A stretch of DNA of 59,453 nucleotides, counting the filler, from Diploschistes diacapsis (lineage: Eukaryota), in assembly GCA_023645945.1 (NCBI GenBank). It is 4 parts of 4 records of this genome, joined end to end, with 100 filler letters (N's around TTAATTAATTAA, not from the genome) between each part and the next. Parts side by side here need not be neighbours in the genome. Positions count along the whole stretch, not along the records: positions 14,907 to 29,711 come from JALAIB010000584.1; positions 29,812 to 44,600 come from JALAIB010000585.1; 2 more parts are not named here. The stretch is one strand, 5' to 3'. This document shows positions 25,819-37,476 of this stretch, in pieces. The position numbers and the translations under genes are program-made. Numbering within the stretch: position 1 is the stretch's first letter; every line of letters begins with the position of its first letter. The notes under the pieces are model-generated. The model worked only from the letters and a program-made list of their open reading frames with translations. It was not told where the DNA came from and searched no databases.

Positions 25819-27160
25819 ATGCCGACTTTAACATCCCTTGCCAAAGAGCTTTTAGATCGAGCAAAGCAGATTGACGAATATCTCGGGTCGAAGAAGCTCC
25901 CATCGCCATCCTTTGACAACGATGTCTTCTCGGAGCTACCCGCGGAACTCCAGGACGTGCGCGCCTCCCTAGCCAGCCTTAGTAACAACCTCAAAAGTCT
26001 TACGCGTGGGCCCGTCGGATCGACTTCAGACATTATATTCAGCGTAAGTAGACAGGTCGCCTTGTATGCTCTCGACAAGAATAATTCCTCATACTGATGC
26101 CTCATTCTTCTTCTTATAGTGGACAGATGTCCTTCCCCTGCGTGTCATTTACCACTACAAACTCGCGCATGCTGTACCGCTTGAAGGTTCGGCTTCTTAC
26201 GCGGAAATCGCTGCTCATGCTGGTCTGCGCGAGGATATTGTCTTTCGCTTCTTGCGCGCCGCTATGGGCAACCATATATTTAACGAGGACCCAGTCACCG
26301 GCCACGTCCGCCATACCGCTATCTCACGCCTGCTCGTTACCGACGCCGGCTTCGCCGACTCGGTCGGCCTCCAGACCGAGGAACTAGGGCCGGCAGGCAC
26401 GTGGGTGATCGGTGCCTGGGACAAATGGGGCCAAGACGCCATCGAACCGAACCAGACCGGCTTTGCGCTCCTGAACCAGACGGAGCTCTCCACCTTCGAG
26501 GTCCTTGCCAAGTATCCCGACCGCGGGCGCCGCTTCGGCAGCGCAATGCACTTCTGCACCGCCGACGGCAGCTGGGACCTACGTCATATGCTGGGCGCGT
26601 ACGATTGGCGCACGCTCGACCGGGCCGGAGCACGGGTCGTCGACGTCGGCGGCGGCAAGGGCTCGGTCTCGCAGTTTCTGGCACGGCACACGAGCCAGGT
26701 ACGCTTTCTGGTGCAGGACTTGCCCCACGTCGTGCCCGCCGCCAGGGAGGACCTACCGGCGGAACTTCAAGGGCGAGTAGAGTTTGAGGTGCACAGCTTC
26801 CTCGAGCCCCAGGCATCCGAAGATCCCGCGCCAGACGCGTTTTTGCTGCGCTGGGTGTTGCACGACTGGCCAGATGCATACAGCGTGCGTATCCTTCGGG
26901 CGCTTGTGCCGGCGATGCGGCCCGGCGCCAGGGTGCTGATCTACGAGTATGTGCTTGCGGACGAGCCGGTAACGGATCTGGCGGGGCGTTTCGGCGCGCA
27001 GATGGATATGATAATGGGAGCGGTTTTCAACGGGCGGGAGCGACGGCGGGCGGAGTACCAGAGGTTACTGGAGCAGAGCGACAGGCGCTTTGTTTTAGAG
27101 GCGGTTAGACAGCCGGAGGGGAGCACCATGAGCATGGTTGAGGTGTCGTGGAAAGCTTAA
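25819..27160 (+). CDS. SAM-dependent O-methyltransferase (Methyltransf_2, secondary-metabolism type; 2 exons)
   Basis: Intron 26044-26119; VVDVGGGKG SAM motif, VQDL, LRWVLHDWPD catalytic-His motif, NGRERR. Confidence 0.93.
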
Positions 27161-27520
27161 GCTTCTGTGAGGCTCGATCTCACACATGTGGGCAGATAAA
27201 TCTCTCTTAGGTAGAGTCGATATACCTATTTCTCTACATGCCTTCAAACGTGCGTGTGTATATCTAGACCACTTGTACCAGACTTCTGAGATGTTGAAAG
27301 GATATGATTTTACCCTTACAGAACTCCCTAGCGCTAGGCCCGATTGAAATGGCTGTTAAACCCGATAGAGTAAAGCTCAAGCCCTCGTGTGGCTCAAGCT
27401 CTTATCGTGGCTTGCCCCCACCATCAACATACATGGGAACATCCCTAGATTTCTTTCCTTTCTCCTTATAGGCATACAGCTCTGTACTGGACTTGTATTC
27501 TAAAACCATCCGGTTTCATC

Positions 27521-28599
27521 ATGTCATACCCTAAGGCTCTCAAGGGGCAGCCGAAGATCATTTTTTTCACTGATTTCGATGGTGATCTGCTCCTTTACTA
27601 GCTGGGGAATAGCGAGTTAACCTGTGGTTATAGGGACGATAACGCTCAAGGACAGCAAGTGAGCTTTCGCTTCACGATGATCGTGGACTGACCGTGCAAC
27701 TAGCTAATGATTTCATGGTAAGCCTCTTGTCTGGAACAAACTGAAGAAAAGTCCTGATAGACTTCAGACGGACAACCTGGGCTTCGGCGAGAAGCGCCGC
27801 CGAGAGCTGAACCTGGAATGCCTTGAGGAAAAAAGGACTTTTCGGTACTGATGTCGACCTAGGGTAGCTCCAATACTGATGATCCAGGGACACGTTCCAA
27901 GAGATGATAAATAGCATCAAGGCGCCCTACTCCGAGTGCGTCAAGCTGCTCCTGGACAACATCGAGCTCGATCCGCACTTCAAGCAATTCTACAGATGGG
28001 CCAGAGAAAATGGCATTCCGGTCATCGTCCTATCATCCGGAATGACGGTCATCATCCGGCCCCTTTTGGAAAAGCTCGTCGGGTCCGAGGCCAACGACAT
28101 CGACATTATCTGTAACGAGATGGTCGACAGGCCCGGAATGAACAGAGAGCAGCCGGGAGGCTGGAACATCCAGTACCATGACGACTCAGGCTTTGGGCAT
28201 GACAAATCCCTCACCATCAGGCCGTATGCCGAGCATTTCGAGAAGCATCCGAATGAACCTAGGCCAACGATGCTGTACGCTGGGGACGGCGTTTCGGATT
28301 TATCAGCGGCTCGTGAGACTGACCTCTTGTTTGCGAAGAAGGGGAGAGGTGAGGTGATATGGAACCCGAGAATAGGCTGGCGCTGATGAAGTAGATTTGG
28401 TGACATATTGCGAGCGCGAGAATGTACCATTCACCATTTTCGAAGATTGGAGTTCCATCTTGGCAAAGACGAAAGAGATCTTGTGGGGTATGCCCGGCAT
28501 TCAAACAGGTCAAGCTGATTCTTGCACAGTGAAGGGAAGGCGAGCCTCAAAAGCCTAGCCAATGAGGGTCTGGAGGAAGCGCAGCAGCAGAAGAGTTAG
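27521..28599 (+). CDS. HAD-superfamily phosphatase, MtnX/Pyp1(YNL010W)-like (7 exons, incl. 21- and 14-nt exons)
   Basis: FFTDFDG|TITLKD|TNDFM|TDNLGFG, VIVLSSGM, FGHDKS, YAGDGVSDLSAARETDLLFAK; TAG at 28597-28599. Confidence 0.9.
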
Positions 28600-29214
28600 C
28601 GGTATACATGAGCGAGAAGAGTGGTTGCAAATTCTGATGGGTTGTCGGCAACAGGCTCCCACATCTGGGGGTGCTCTGTGCTTCCAAAGCATCTCGGAAA
28701 ATTCATTTCCAATTTGCAAGTAATTTAGACATTAACAAGATAGATTTGATTTGTGGGAAAATCGATCCATCCCACATGCAGTTAAGTGCTCAGCTGCTGT
28801 CATGGAACACTATTGTACGTTTACCTCCTAAGGAATTGCGTCCCTGGTTTTGCATTGGCTTGAAGAGCGCGAACAGCGGCAATGAAAGTGTCTTGGTAAA
28901 GGGTGGGTTAGAGAATCTTATTTAAACCATTCATGGACTTGTTCGGTGTGATCTAATCTTAGCTCAGCATGGGAATTTATAATACATCTGGGCAACTGTT
29001 CTTGAGACGTGAGCAACGAGAAGGTCAAAACTCAGGGGTTGCATACCTTTGTGATTCCACCCAAAAGGAGTATTTATGCCAAGCCCAAGTTTTCAATCCC
29101 GGCTTAGCGCATTCAAGCTTCAGGGTTTCGCCGGGCTCAAGATCCAGCATCACATTTCCATCTACACTCAGAATACTACGGACCCTAAAGCTATCCTCAA
29201 TCTACTCCCGCACA

Positions 29215-29703
29215 ATGCGTCCACCACCGTCCACCTCCCTCCTCTCCTCCCTCCGTGCCCTCTCCCTATCCTCCTTTCCCACCTCCACCTCCACTGCCAC
29301 GACCAGAACCACGACCAGAAGCATCAACCTCTTCCCCAGACCCCCCATCTCCCTACGCTCCTTCACCAGCACCCGGAGCCCGCAAACGACGCTCAACCAA
29401 GTCCGGCGCGGCCTGCGCCTGGCCCAACGCCAGCGCGCCCGCCGCGCCATCTCCCCGCAGCTGCGCAACCGGCCGCAGATGAAAGGCGTCTGCCTCAAGG
29501 TCGGCATCACGAAGCCCAAGAAGCCCAACTCGGGCGAGCGCAAGACGGCCAGGGTCAAGCTGAGCAACGGCAAGAACGTGACGGCCATCATTCCCGGCGA
29601 GGGCCACAACGTGCAGCAGCACAGCGTCGTGCTGGTGAGGGGCGGCCGGAGCCAGGACTGTCCGGGGGTCAGGTATCATCTTGTTAGGGGGGCGGGGGAC
29701 TTG
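29215..29703 (+). CDS. MRPS12: Mitochondrial ribosomal protein uS12m (last exon lost at contig break)
   Basis: Arg/Ser/Thr-rich presequence, [41 protein letters not shown]...[41 protein letters not shown] donor at 29704. Confidence 0.95.
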
Positions 29704-29711
29704 GTAAGTAG

Positions 29712-29811
29712 NNNNNNNNNNNNNNNNNNNNNNNNNNNNNNNNNNNNNNNNNNNNTTAATTAATTAANNNNNNNNNNNNNNNNNNNNNNNNNNNNNNNNN
29801 NNNNNNNNNNN
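29712..29811. other. Artificial contig linker
   Basis: N44-TTAATTAATTAA-N44. Confidence 0.99.
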
Positions 29812-31433
29812 CCCGAATGGACCCTGTTCCCCTGAATATTGTGGAGGGAAACTTTGTTTTCATGCATGCCGGCGGGGGATGAGAGGATTGGTCTCGCGGA
29901 AAGATCTGCTTCTGTCTGGATTATAGGGTGTGGTCTGGTCACTACCTCCGTAAGGAAGGAAGGAAGGAAGGAAGGGCCTTTGGGAGATGCAGTTTGGCGG
30001 GCTCGGGATGGTCTGTGGCTGCTGTGCTGGAGAGTGATGTGTGTGTCGACGGGAGCGTATTGGGTGGTGAGCACTTGGAGATTGTCAGTCGAACGGGGGT
30101 TATTTGGGATGAGAGAAAGCGGCTTTGGATTTGGTGCGGGAACTGTCGTCACGGTCGTCTGGAGCTCTGCATCTTTGGGTCTTGCTCGCTTGATCCGTGC
30201 GGGCTGTGGACTGGGAGGTGAGCTTAGGAAAAGGCATTGGATTGATAGGGGTAAAGGATGTTCTGGCGTGAGAGAGACTGGGGCTGGGTTGGATGGGAAT
30301 TGACTAACAGAACTTCCACTAATGTCTCAGTTAAGATAAAGCTGAAAGTTTCAGAGATTTAGAAATCTGCTGCTCTCCCTAGATAAATCCTTACTCTAAG
30401 CTCGACTGCCACACATTAGACAGTAAATAGGTAGGTCAAGAGCCATGTTTAACAGATGGTAAATGCTGAGTTGAAGGCGTGATCCTAGACTGCTCGCTGC
30501 TGCTTTCCTTCCAACATTATCGTTGAGAAGTAAGTGACTCAAGGACTTGAGTTTGAAACGCAAAGACCTTGCAGTTGTCGGTTATCGTATTGGAAACTGA
30601 ATCGTCCTCACTGCTGTCTGTTTATAAAACCGCATCTTCCTAATTCCTTTCAAAAGTCAAACCAATCGACGGCCGCTTGAGCCTTCAAGGCCTTCCAAAG
30701 AAGTTAGACACGTCTTCCTAGCATGTATCAACAGACAGCAAAGCCTACAGTGAAAACGGGGCTGGCCCAACGACGGGACATCTATGCCGTGTAGTGGGAA
30801 TTAGGCAAGGTGTGCAGAAGCGTATAACTCGGCGAGAGTAGGCCTATTTATTCATCTCCTTTGTGCCATCGTCCTCTTCAGCCATGTCGACTACCTCGAC
30901 AGAGAACAGGCATATACAGTCTCGAAACCTCATTAGATTTGACGGAGCCAGTGGCAACCCCTAACGCTAAGCCTAATGGCATCATTTCCCCTCATGGTTG
31001 GCGATAGGCCGAAAGGCCAACGAGTTCTTTGTCGTAAAAGGAACGTATAGAGAAGGCAGCAACATGAGAGTCAAATCTGGTCGGTTTCGATAAAGAATGA
31101 CATTGAAATAACATGAAGATCAGAGCCAAGGAGAAGTCGAGCGAAATGGGCCAATTATAGCAGCACTACTCCCGTTATGCGAAATGGCAAAAGCATCAAT
31201 TGATTAAGGCCAAAGAAGATGATGGACCCAGAGGAGGAAATAGAAGATCGGGAAGAGATGAAACGCACCCCATGAATATCCCAAACGACACGAGCAAGGA
31301 GCTTAATATGGCAGAGGCTGTGCCGGATGAGCTGCTTCCAGACCTCCTCTAAGTTTACCATCAAGAAAGGATCAATTATGGGCTTCAATGGAACGACTGC
31401 TATCAAACCAGGTAAGAAACTGGAAACCAACTC

Positions 31434-32021
31434 ATGTATGAAGAAGTCCTGCCTTACGAATCCGTCACAACCAAGCCCACCTCTCAAGGTTTACACTTAG
31501 GCGAGTCCTTGGCCAAGGGAGGCCATGCTGCAGTCTTTTGCGCAGTTATATCAACTTCCGAATCTCTCATGTCCAGGTTAGGTAGCGACAGTATGTCCAT
31601 GGCCGTCAAGATTGCGATCCAAAACGAAACTGACCGCGCCCACCTATGAAAGGAGGCAGCGGCGTGCAATCGTATCTCCAAGGTTGATGTCAATTACCCA
31701 CCGAGCGGGCTCCTCATGGAGGATTCCGGCCAATCCATCCACGACTTCAAAAGGTCGAAGAAGTATGATCAGATAGGCAAGTCTAGTAGAGTCTCCATTG
31801 AGCGTGACATAGCTTGCCAAGATCCGATGATGTTCGCCTCACTCTTCTCGGCTGGTTTCCTGCAATGCTCTGCTAAGTGGCAAAATGTAACTATAAAACG
31901 AGGACCGCTATCTGTGCCTGTCGGACAGCGATCTTACAAGACGCCAAGCCTGAGACTCATTGACTTGGGTCGCGCCTGTGTACGTTGTGGATGCTCCCAT
32001 TCGAATTTGCTTGCTTTGTGA
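31434..32021 (+). pseudogene. Protein-kinase-like pseudogene/pseudokinase with one in-frame TGA (31647-31649)
   Basis: ORFs 31434 and 31716 are in the same frame: LGESLAKGGHAAVF (Gly loop), MAVKIA, HL*KEAAA (helix C Glu), LLMEDSG (hinge), GFLQCSAKWQNV (degenerate catalytic loop), LRLIDLGRA (DFG-like). Confidence 0.65.
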
Positions 32022-34075
32022 ACTGCGACGCCTTTGAATATTCTTGTCCAAAATTTGGCGTTTATGTATCACGAGCTTTTTTACCTACTTTTAACCTCTT
32101 GTCGGCTTCTAGATATTAACTGAAGATCCTAACGCTTTGAAGCCTGATGATTATAGAATTTGCCATGACCTTTTACTGGGATTGGGACGATACATATATC
32201 GCCCTCAAATCAAACTTCAGAAAGTCAGGGAGTTATACTGCTGCTAAATCGAATAAGGTCATTATCATCGTCCACGTTGGCCACAGCTTTCTATTCCTCA
32301 AGTAAAGCTGAGAGGCCTAGCTTATAACGGTAGGTGATTCTCAATAATATGCACGTCGCGTATAGCGCGTCTATTATCACGTGATAAAAACACTCCTTTT
32401 GGGAATTATCAGACCAATGAGGAGCGTTCATTCCTAGACCAAATTATATCAAGTGTCGCATAGCAGTGAATCAGAATATCCATCTTCACATGTGGGCCAA
32501 GAAGTTTGATTGCACGAGTTATTACCAGCACCAGCCCCCCCAGTATTAGTGTCTGCTGATATATAAAGTCTCTCCCCAAATAAACTATAGCGCAACTCTA
32601 GCGACCGCCATATATTCAGAAGTGCTCCCAAATACCTCTACTGTAAGGTCTTCAGACGTGTCCAGGAGCATTCAAAGAGGATTATATATTCAACAGCTAC
32701 TGCAGCGTCTCCTATTGATCTGTTTGCCCGATCAGATCCTGCCCTAGCTTCTCAAGCGATGAGCGACCTTTCCGATAGAATCAACGATCCCTTGTACCGA
32801 AACGTGGCTGACCGCGTTTCACTCTCTGGCCGATAATCGAAGAGAAGATAGGAAAGAAGCGATCTCAGGAAGGAGCTTGGGGTGATCGCAGAGAGGTTTG
32901 CGCACAGCGGCTACCGCTCTTATCATTTCAGGAAGGCTCCTGGGACCCTTCGTTCCCTAGCCGCGTGGACAGTGGCGATGACTGAAACGTGATATTTGGG
33001 GGGACGCAGATCGACGAGAATGGTGGCAACGTGCGGAGGATCGTGGAGTACTTGGCGGGGGGAGCTACAAATCGTATGGCAGGCTTGGTATGCACGCTTT
33101 CCGGTGATAGAAGTGGAGAACGATTACGGATGGCGCCCTACTAAGGCCTACTGGATCGAAGAATTACGGTTTGAAGAAGATCTTTTAAAAAGAGCGCAAA
33201 GTCCGGGAGATTGGAATCGGGTTGACTTCGTCGTCGGCACGTTGGTACGAGTAATTATTTGCGCCACCCAGTGTGCCGAAGGAGTTGGAGCACCGGTTAG
33301 AAGAATGGAAAACCGCTATCCCCATCAACATAACAGCGCAGTCAATGGCACCTGCCACTACGCCACCCCATCAATAAATAGTCAGAGGTACTCAATCTAC
33401 CCACCTTCATATTCTTCTCCCATGCACACAGGGTATTCCCAAAGGCACCGTGCAGCTCATCATCCTTAGATGGTACGAGAATATGTTTGCAGGCAAAAGA
33501 CATATGCAGGAAGTAAGGACCACACTGTAGGATATGAATCCCTAGTATATCTCCAAAAAGACATATCTATACACTGCACACTTTCGTATTCGTAAATAAT
33601 GATTGCAGCGAGTGTAGTAAAATGAAGGACATTTATACCGTATCGGAGTACATGGAAAACATTATGCTGTGACAGTAATGCCATAAGGGTATAGATAGGA
33701 TGTTGAAGGAGAGCATTAGAAGTCTGTTGGTGCTGTTTTTGTTCTATAAGCAGCTAGAATACTTTGGCAGCCATGAACATCAAACAAGGTGGCTGCAAGC
33801 CTACCACATCCCCTACATATGATTCGAGAAACTCCGGCTATGAGGTTAAATCCGAATTTTCCTCCAAGCCTTTGTCCTTTTTTAACTACATATTGAATCC
33901 CTATGACAAGAACATCTGATCTTGAGCCAACCACCAACTCTCGGATTGTTAAGTCATCAAGACGTAGCACAGCATAATTCTGGGCGTTCCGCATCTCGAG
34001 CCCATACAGGGCCAGCCATCGCTAGATTCTCTTGATGAACAACCATCGCTCAACAAAACCGATTTGATCGTAACC

Positions 34076-37009
34076 TCAATAGCTGCGACCAAACATGACC
34101 CAAGACTTCGCGTGCCGTTCGCACTCTGGATTCAGGCACTTGGTCTCGCCTTGAACAATACCGTCAGGCTAAGGTGAACGAATGAAGATTAGTCATTGGC
34201 TTCAACAACAAGAATGGGACGTGGGGGTCGACGGAGATTGACGACGAACCTGCTCAAAAGGAATACACAAGCTCTTCATACCCATGCTGGGCAACTTCTG
34301 ACCATCCGGTCCAAGTTCTTGATGATCATCGCTCTTTGTTATTTCTTTTATCCTATCCTCGCATGCCGGGTCCTCACAAAACGGGATAAGCACCACGTTG
34401 CGCGCATCGAGGGCTGGTACCACTCGCGTCCAGTCTGTCAAGACCAGGCGACGGGATTTGAAGGATCCATCCGCCTTGTTGTACATGTCCTCTTGGATCG
34501 ACTTGAGCAGGGTAGGAACTTGAGTTCCCAGCTCGGCAATAGGGATCGTCCCTTTTGAGCCGGTGTCGCGACGAGCATAACTTACCACCGAAGCGGCAGC
34601 ATCCTTGGGCCCAAATTCGAGACGACACGGAATCCCCTTCATCTCCCAATCAGCGAATTTGAAGCCAGGAGTACTAAAAACAGAGTGTCTGTCAGTGTGT
34701 GGTCACGCTGGGAAGAGGAAAAAGGAACAAAAGAAGGGTGGGATGGCGGAAACAGGCGATGCTCCACTTGAATGCTTGTCTCAACCTCCCGGGTCACTCT
34801 CTTCAACAATAGTCGCAAATCTAAAGGGTTCAAACAAGACCATTGAAATTTCACTTACTAGCCCTCACGCTTGTCCACATCAACGCGAACGTTAGCATCC
34901 CTCAAAGAAGCCTTGAGCTCATCAAGTCGCTTCATGAATGCCTTCTTTTCTTCAGGGTCCGTCTTCGCGGTTATGCCGACAGGAATTAGGATGACTTGAG
35001 TTTTAGCTACTCGAGGGGGAAGGACGAGACCCTTATCATCTCCATGTATCATGACCATGACGCCAATAACACGGGTTGATAAGCCCCTATTTTTATATTG
35101 AAACGATTAGCCGGTTGGCTTTGTCATGGGGTACGGTATTGAGGTAGAGCAAATAGACAAGGCTATCTGGTATACTGTCACACCGATTTCATTCGATTTG
35201 AATTGAAAAATTCGCACCAACGGAAACACCTACCATGAATTCTGCCAGACATTTATCTTACCACCCTTCTTCTCTGGATCCTCGACCGTAATGTCAAACA
35301 TCCGGCTGAAGTTTTGCCCAAGGGCACTAATAATTCATTGTTAGCCGATTCCGCACGCGAATTGATATCGCCACGGAAAGATAGCAGGTGCCTACTGGGA
35401 TGTTGCTCCTTGGATCCCGCGCCCATTTGTTGGAATGAAAGCCTCACATGTTGATGTCCAATACCCGCCGGCAAATTTCTCGTTTTCGGTCTTTCTGTAC
35501 CACACGTATGATCAGCAGAATACCCCTGTCGAGTAAGCAGTAATGTAGGAGAGATATGCTCGGCAATAGTGAAGCTCCAAACTCGCATATAGCTAGGGCG
35601 ATGAAGGCCTTGTACATACTTGCCACGCACAACAGGTACCGCAAGCAGTTGCTATACGAATTCAGCAAGGTTCGCACGAAGATAGAGGAAGAGAACTCCT
35701 TGCCTCGTAGACCCCAGCGTAAAGTTCCAGGATTTCGAGCACTTCCTTAGCAGCGAGTTCTTCAGTAAGGTGAGCACTACCAAACATCAGCAGCATCTTC
35801 GAAAGCGAAAAGAAACTACAAACGTGTGTCCTTCTTGCCAAAGGAACTCCCTTGTCCGAAGAAATGGCGTGGTTTGTTTGGCCTCCCATCTGACCTTCGC
35901 ATTGCATCAGTGCCCTAGAGCTATTCACATGGAGGCTTCGCGAATACCCACAACTGAGTTCCACTGATTTAACCGAAATGGAAGGTCCCTATAAGATCGG
36001 ATCCACTTTGCGTAGTATGGGTACCTGAAAGCTACTATCAGCAAGGTGCGTTAGCAAAAGGGGCATAATTACTCGATCGTACATCACTGCTTCAGAAGTA
36101 GGCCGGACCGCTACTGGAATCTGTGTTGGACATTGGTTTAGTCGATAACGCTAAAAGGTGCCATCCAGGAAAGGGGAAGGGCCAACCTCCAGGTCTTTTT
36201 CTCCTCTATATACGGTCAGTCCCAATTGCTGGCCTCAGTAACTTCTAAATCAAAGATGCGAGTACCTACGCCTTTGTTACCCAAGCTAGCTCCGGAGCAA
36301 ATCCCGCCACATGTTCTCTGTAATCCATGAGTCAGTAAGTCACCTCCTGAATGCCGCAAAAGTTTACTTCTCCTATTAACCATTAGCCTTACTTCGGTCA
36401 AAGCCTTGCTGGGTACAAGAAGACAAGAGACGCTGCTTAGTCGAGTCGCTTTGCCATTGACTCCTAGGCAGCTAGAGGTGGTTTCCACTAAAACGGAAGC
36501 GCTGACCTTTTCCAACGATTTGGCAGATAAGAACATAGGAAAGTTCGTCTCCTCTATTCCCATGTCTTCAATCCTTTCCTGAAACCATGCGCGAATAACG
36601 TTCCAGGTATGCATCGCAGCCGCTACCAGTTCTTCAAGTTAGTCCGTTGGTCCCTGTCTTAAGCGATGTGGAATCCCACGTCGGAGAATATAAAAACCAG
36701 CAATCTGTCCAACGTCCTGAATCAGCATATATAACATACTTGATCAGCTACCTTGTTCACCTCGTGATAGTATTCCACGAGCTCAGCCTTGATAACCAGC
36801 TCTTGGTACCACAAGCTGAAATTGGTTTCCTTTGAGACAGTGATGCCAATAATCTCTTTGGAATCATCACGCTTCTTACTGCCTCCTCCGCCGCCAACAA
36901 CGACTGTGGCAGCTTGCTTGGCGGCTTTCTCAGCTTTTGCGGAAGCCATCTTGGCCTGCTTCTCGGCCTTCTTCAGCGCGCTTTTCGATGGACCTTCTCC
37001 GTCTTCCAT
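34076..37009 (-). CDS. Cytosolic prolyl-tRNA synthetase (16 exons, incl. 5-nt micro-exon)
   Basis: Spliced product has [118 protein letters not shown] and C-terminal FGRSY*. Confidence 0.96.
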
Positions 37010-37190
37010 AGCGACGAAGTCGAGAGGTGGCACCCTAGGATAGGCAATATTGAAACTGGACTTTCTCAATGATGTAAAGAAGTCAGCCAATGGCTCATGG
37101 TGAGTAGACGATTTTCAATGCAGAGTCACCATTATTTACTACTGCCTGAAGAGTATCCTGTGGGGTAATCCTTAATTGATATAATTGATA

Positions 37191-37209
37191 TGAGTCACGT
37201 GATCACGTG
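37191..37209. promoter_or_regulatory. Gcn4/CPC-1-type site TGAGTCA overlapping a palindromic double E-box CACGTGATCACGTG in the ProRS/MUS81 divergent promoter
   Basis: TGAGTCA at 37191-37197; perfect 14-bp palindrome at 37196-37209. Confidence 0.55.
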
Positions 37210-37476
37210 TAGTGGTGGATTATCCGAGCAATATTGACAGTACGTCGGATAATTATTATACCTGCGCCGTAATGATAGTGCGTCTTTTCACCATCTTTAC
37301 CTGAAAAACTATCTTCTGATCTACTGAAATATGGCTGGGGCCAATATACACTGTCGCTATGGAGGCTGTGAGAATGTATTGAGAGCTCAAAGACAGTCAG
37401 GTTGAGTACTTCAGTATGACAGTGTTTGCGATAGCTGTCGAAGCTTGGTGATATTTTACAACTTTAGCTGCTCATC

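Noticed and set aside
26337..26879. Long antisense/alternate-frame ORFs over OMT, rps12, PRCC, ATPase and AsnRS
   Set aside because: Expected by-product of high GC3 and stop-codon scarcity in the GC-rich islands; no recognisable motifs.
37010..37090. TTG-initiated N-terminal extension of ProRS
   Set aside because: Contains acidic residues and few Arg; a much weaker presequence than the AsnRS case, with no other support.
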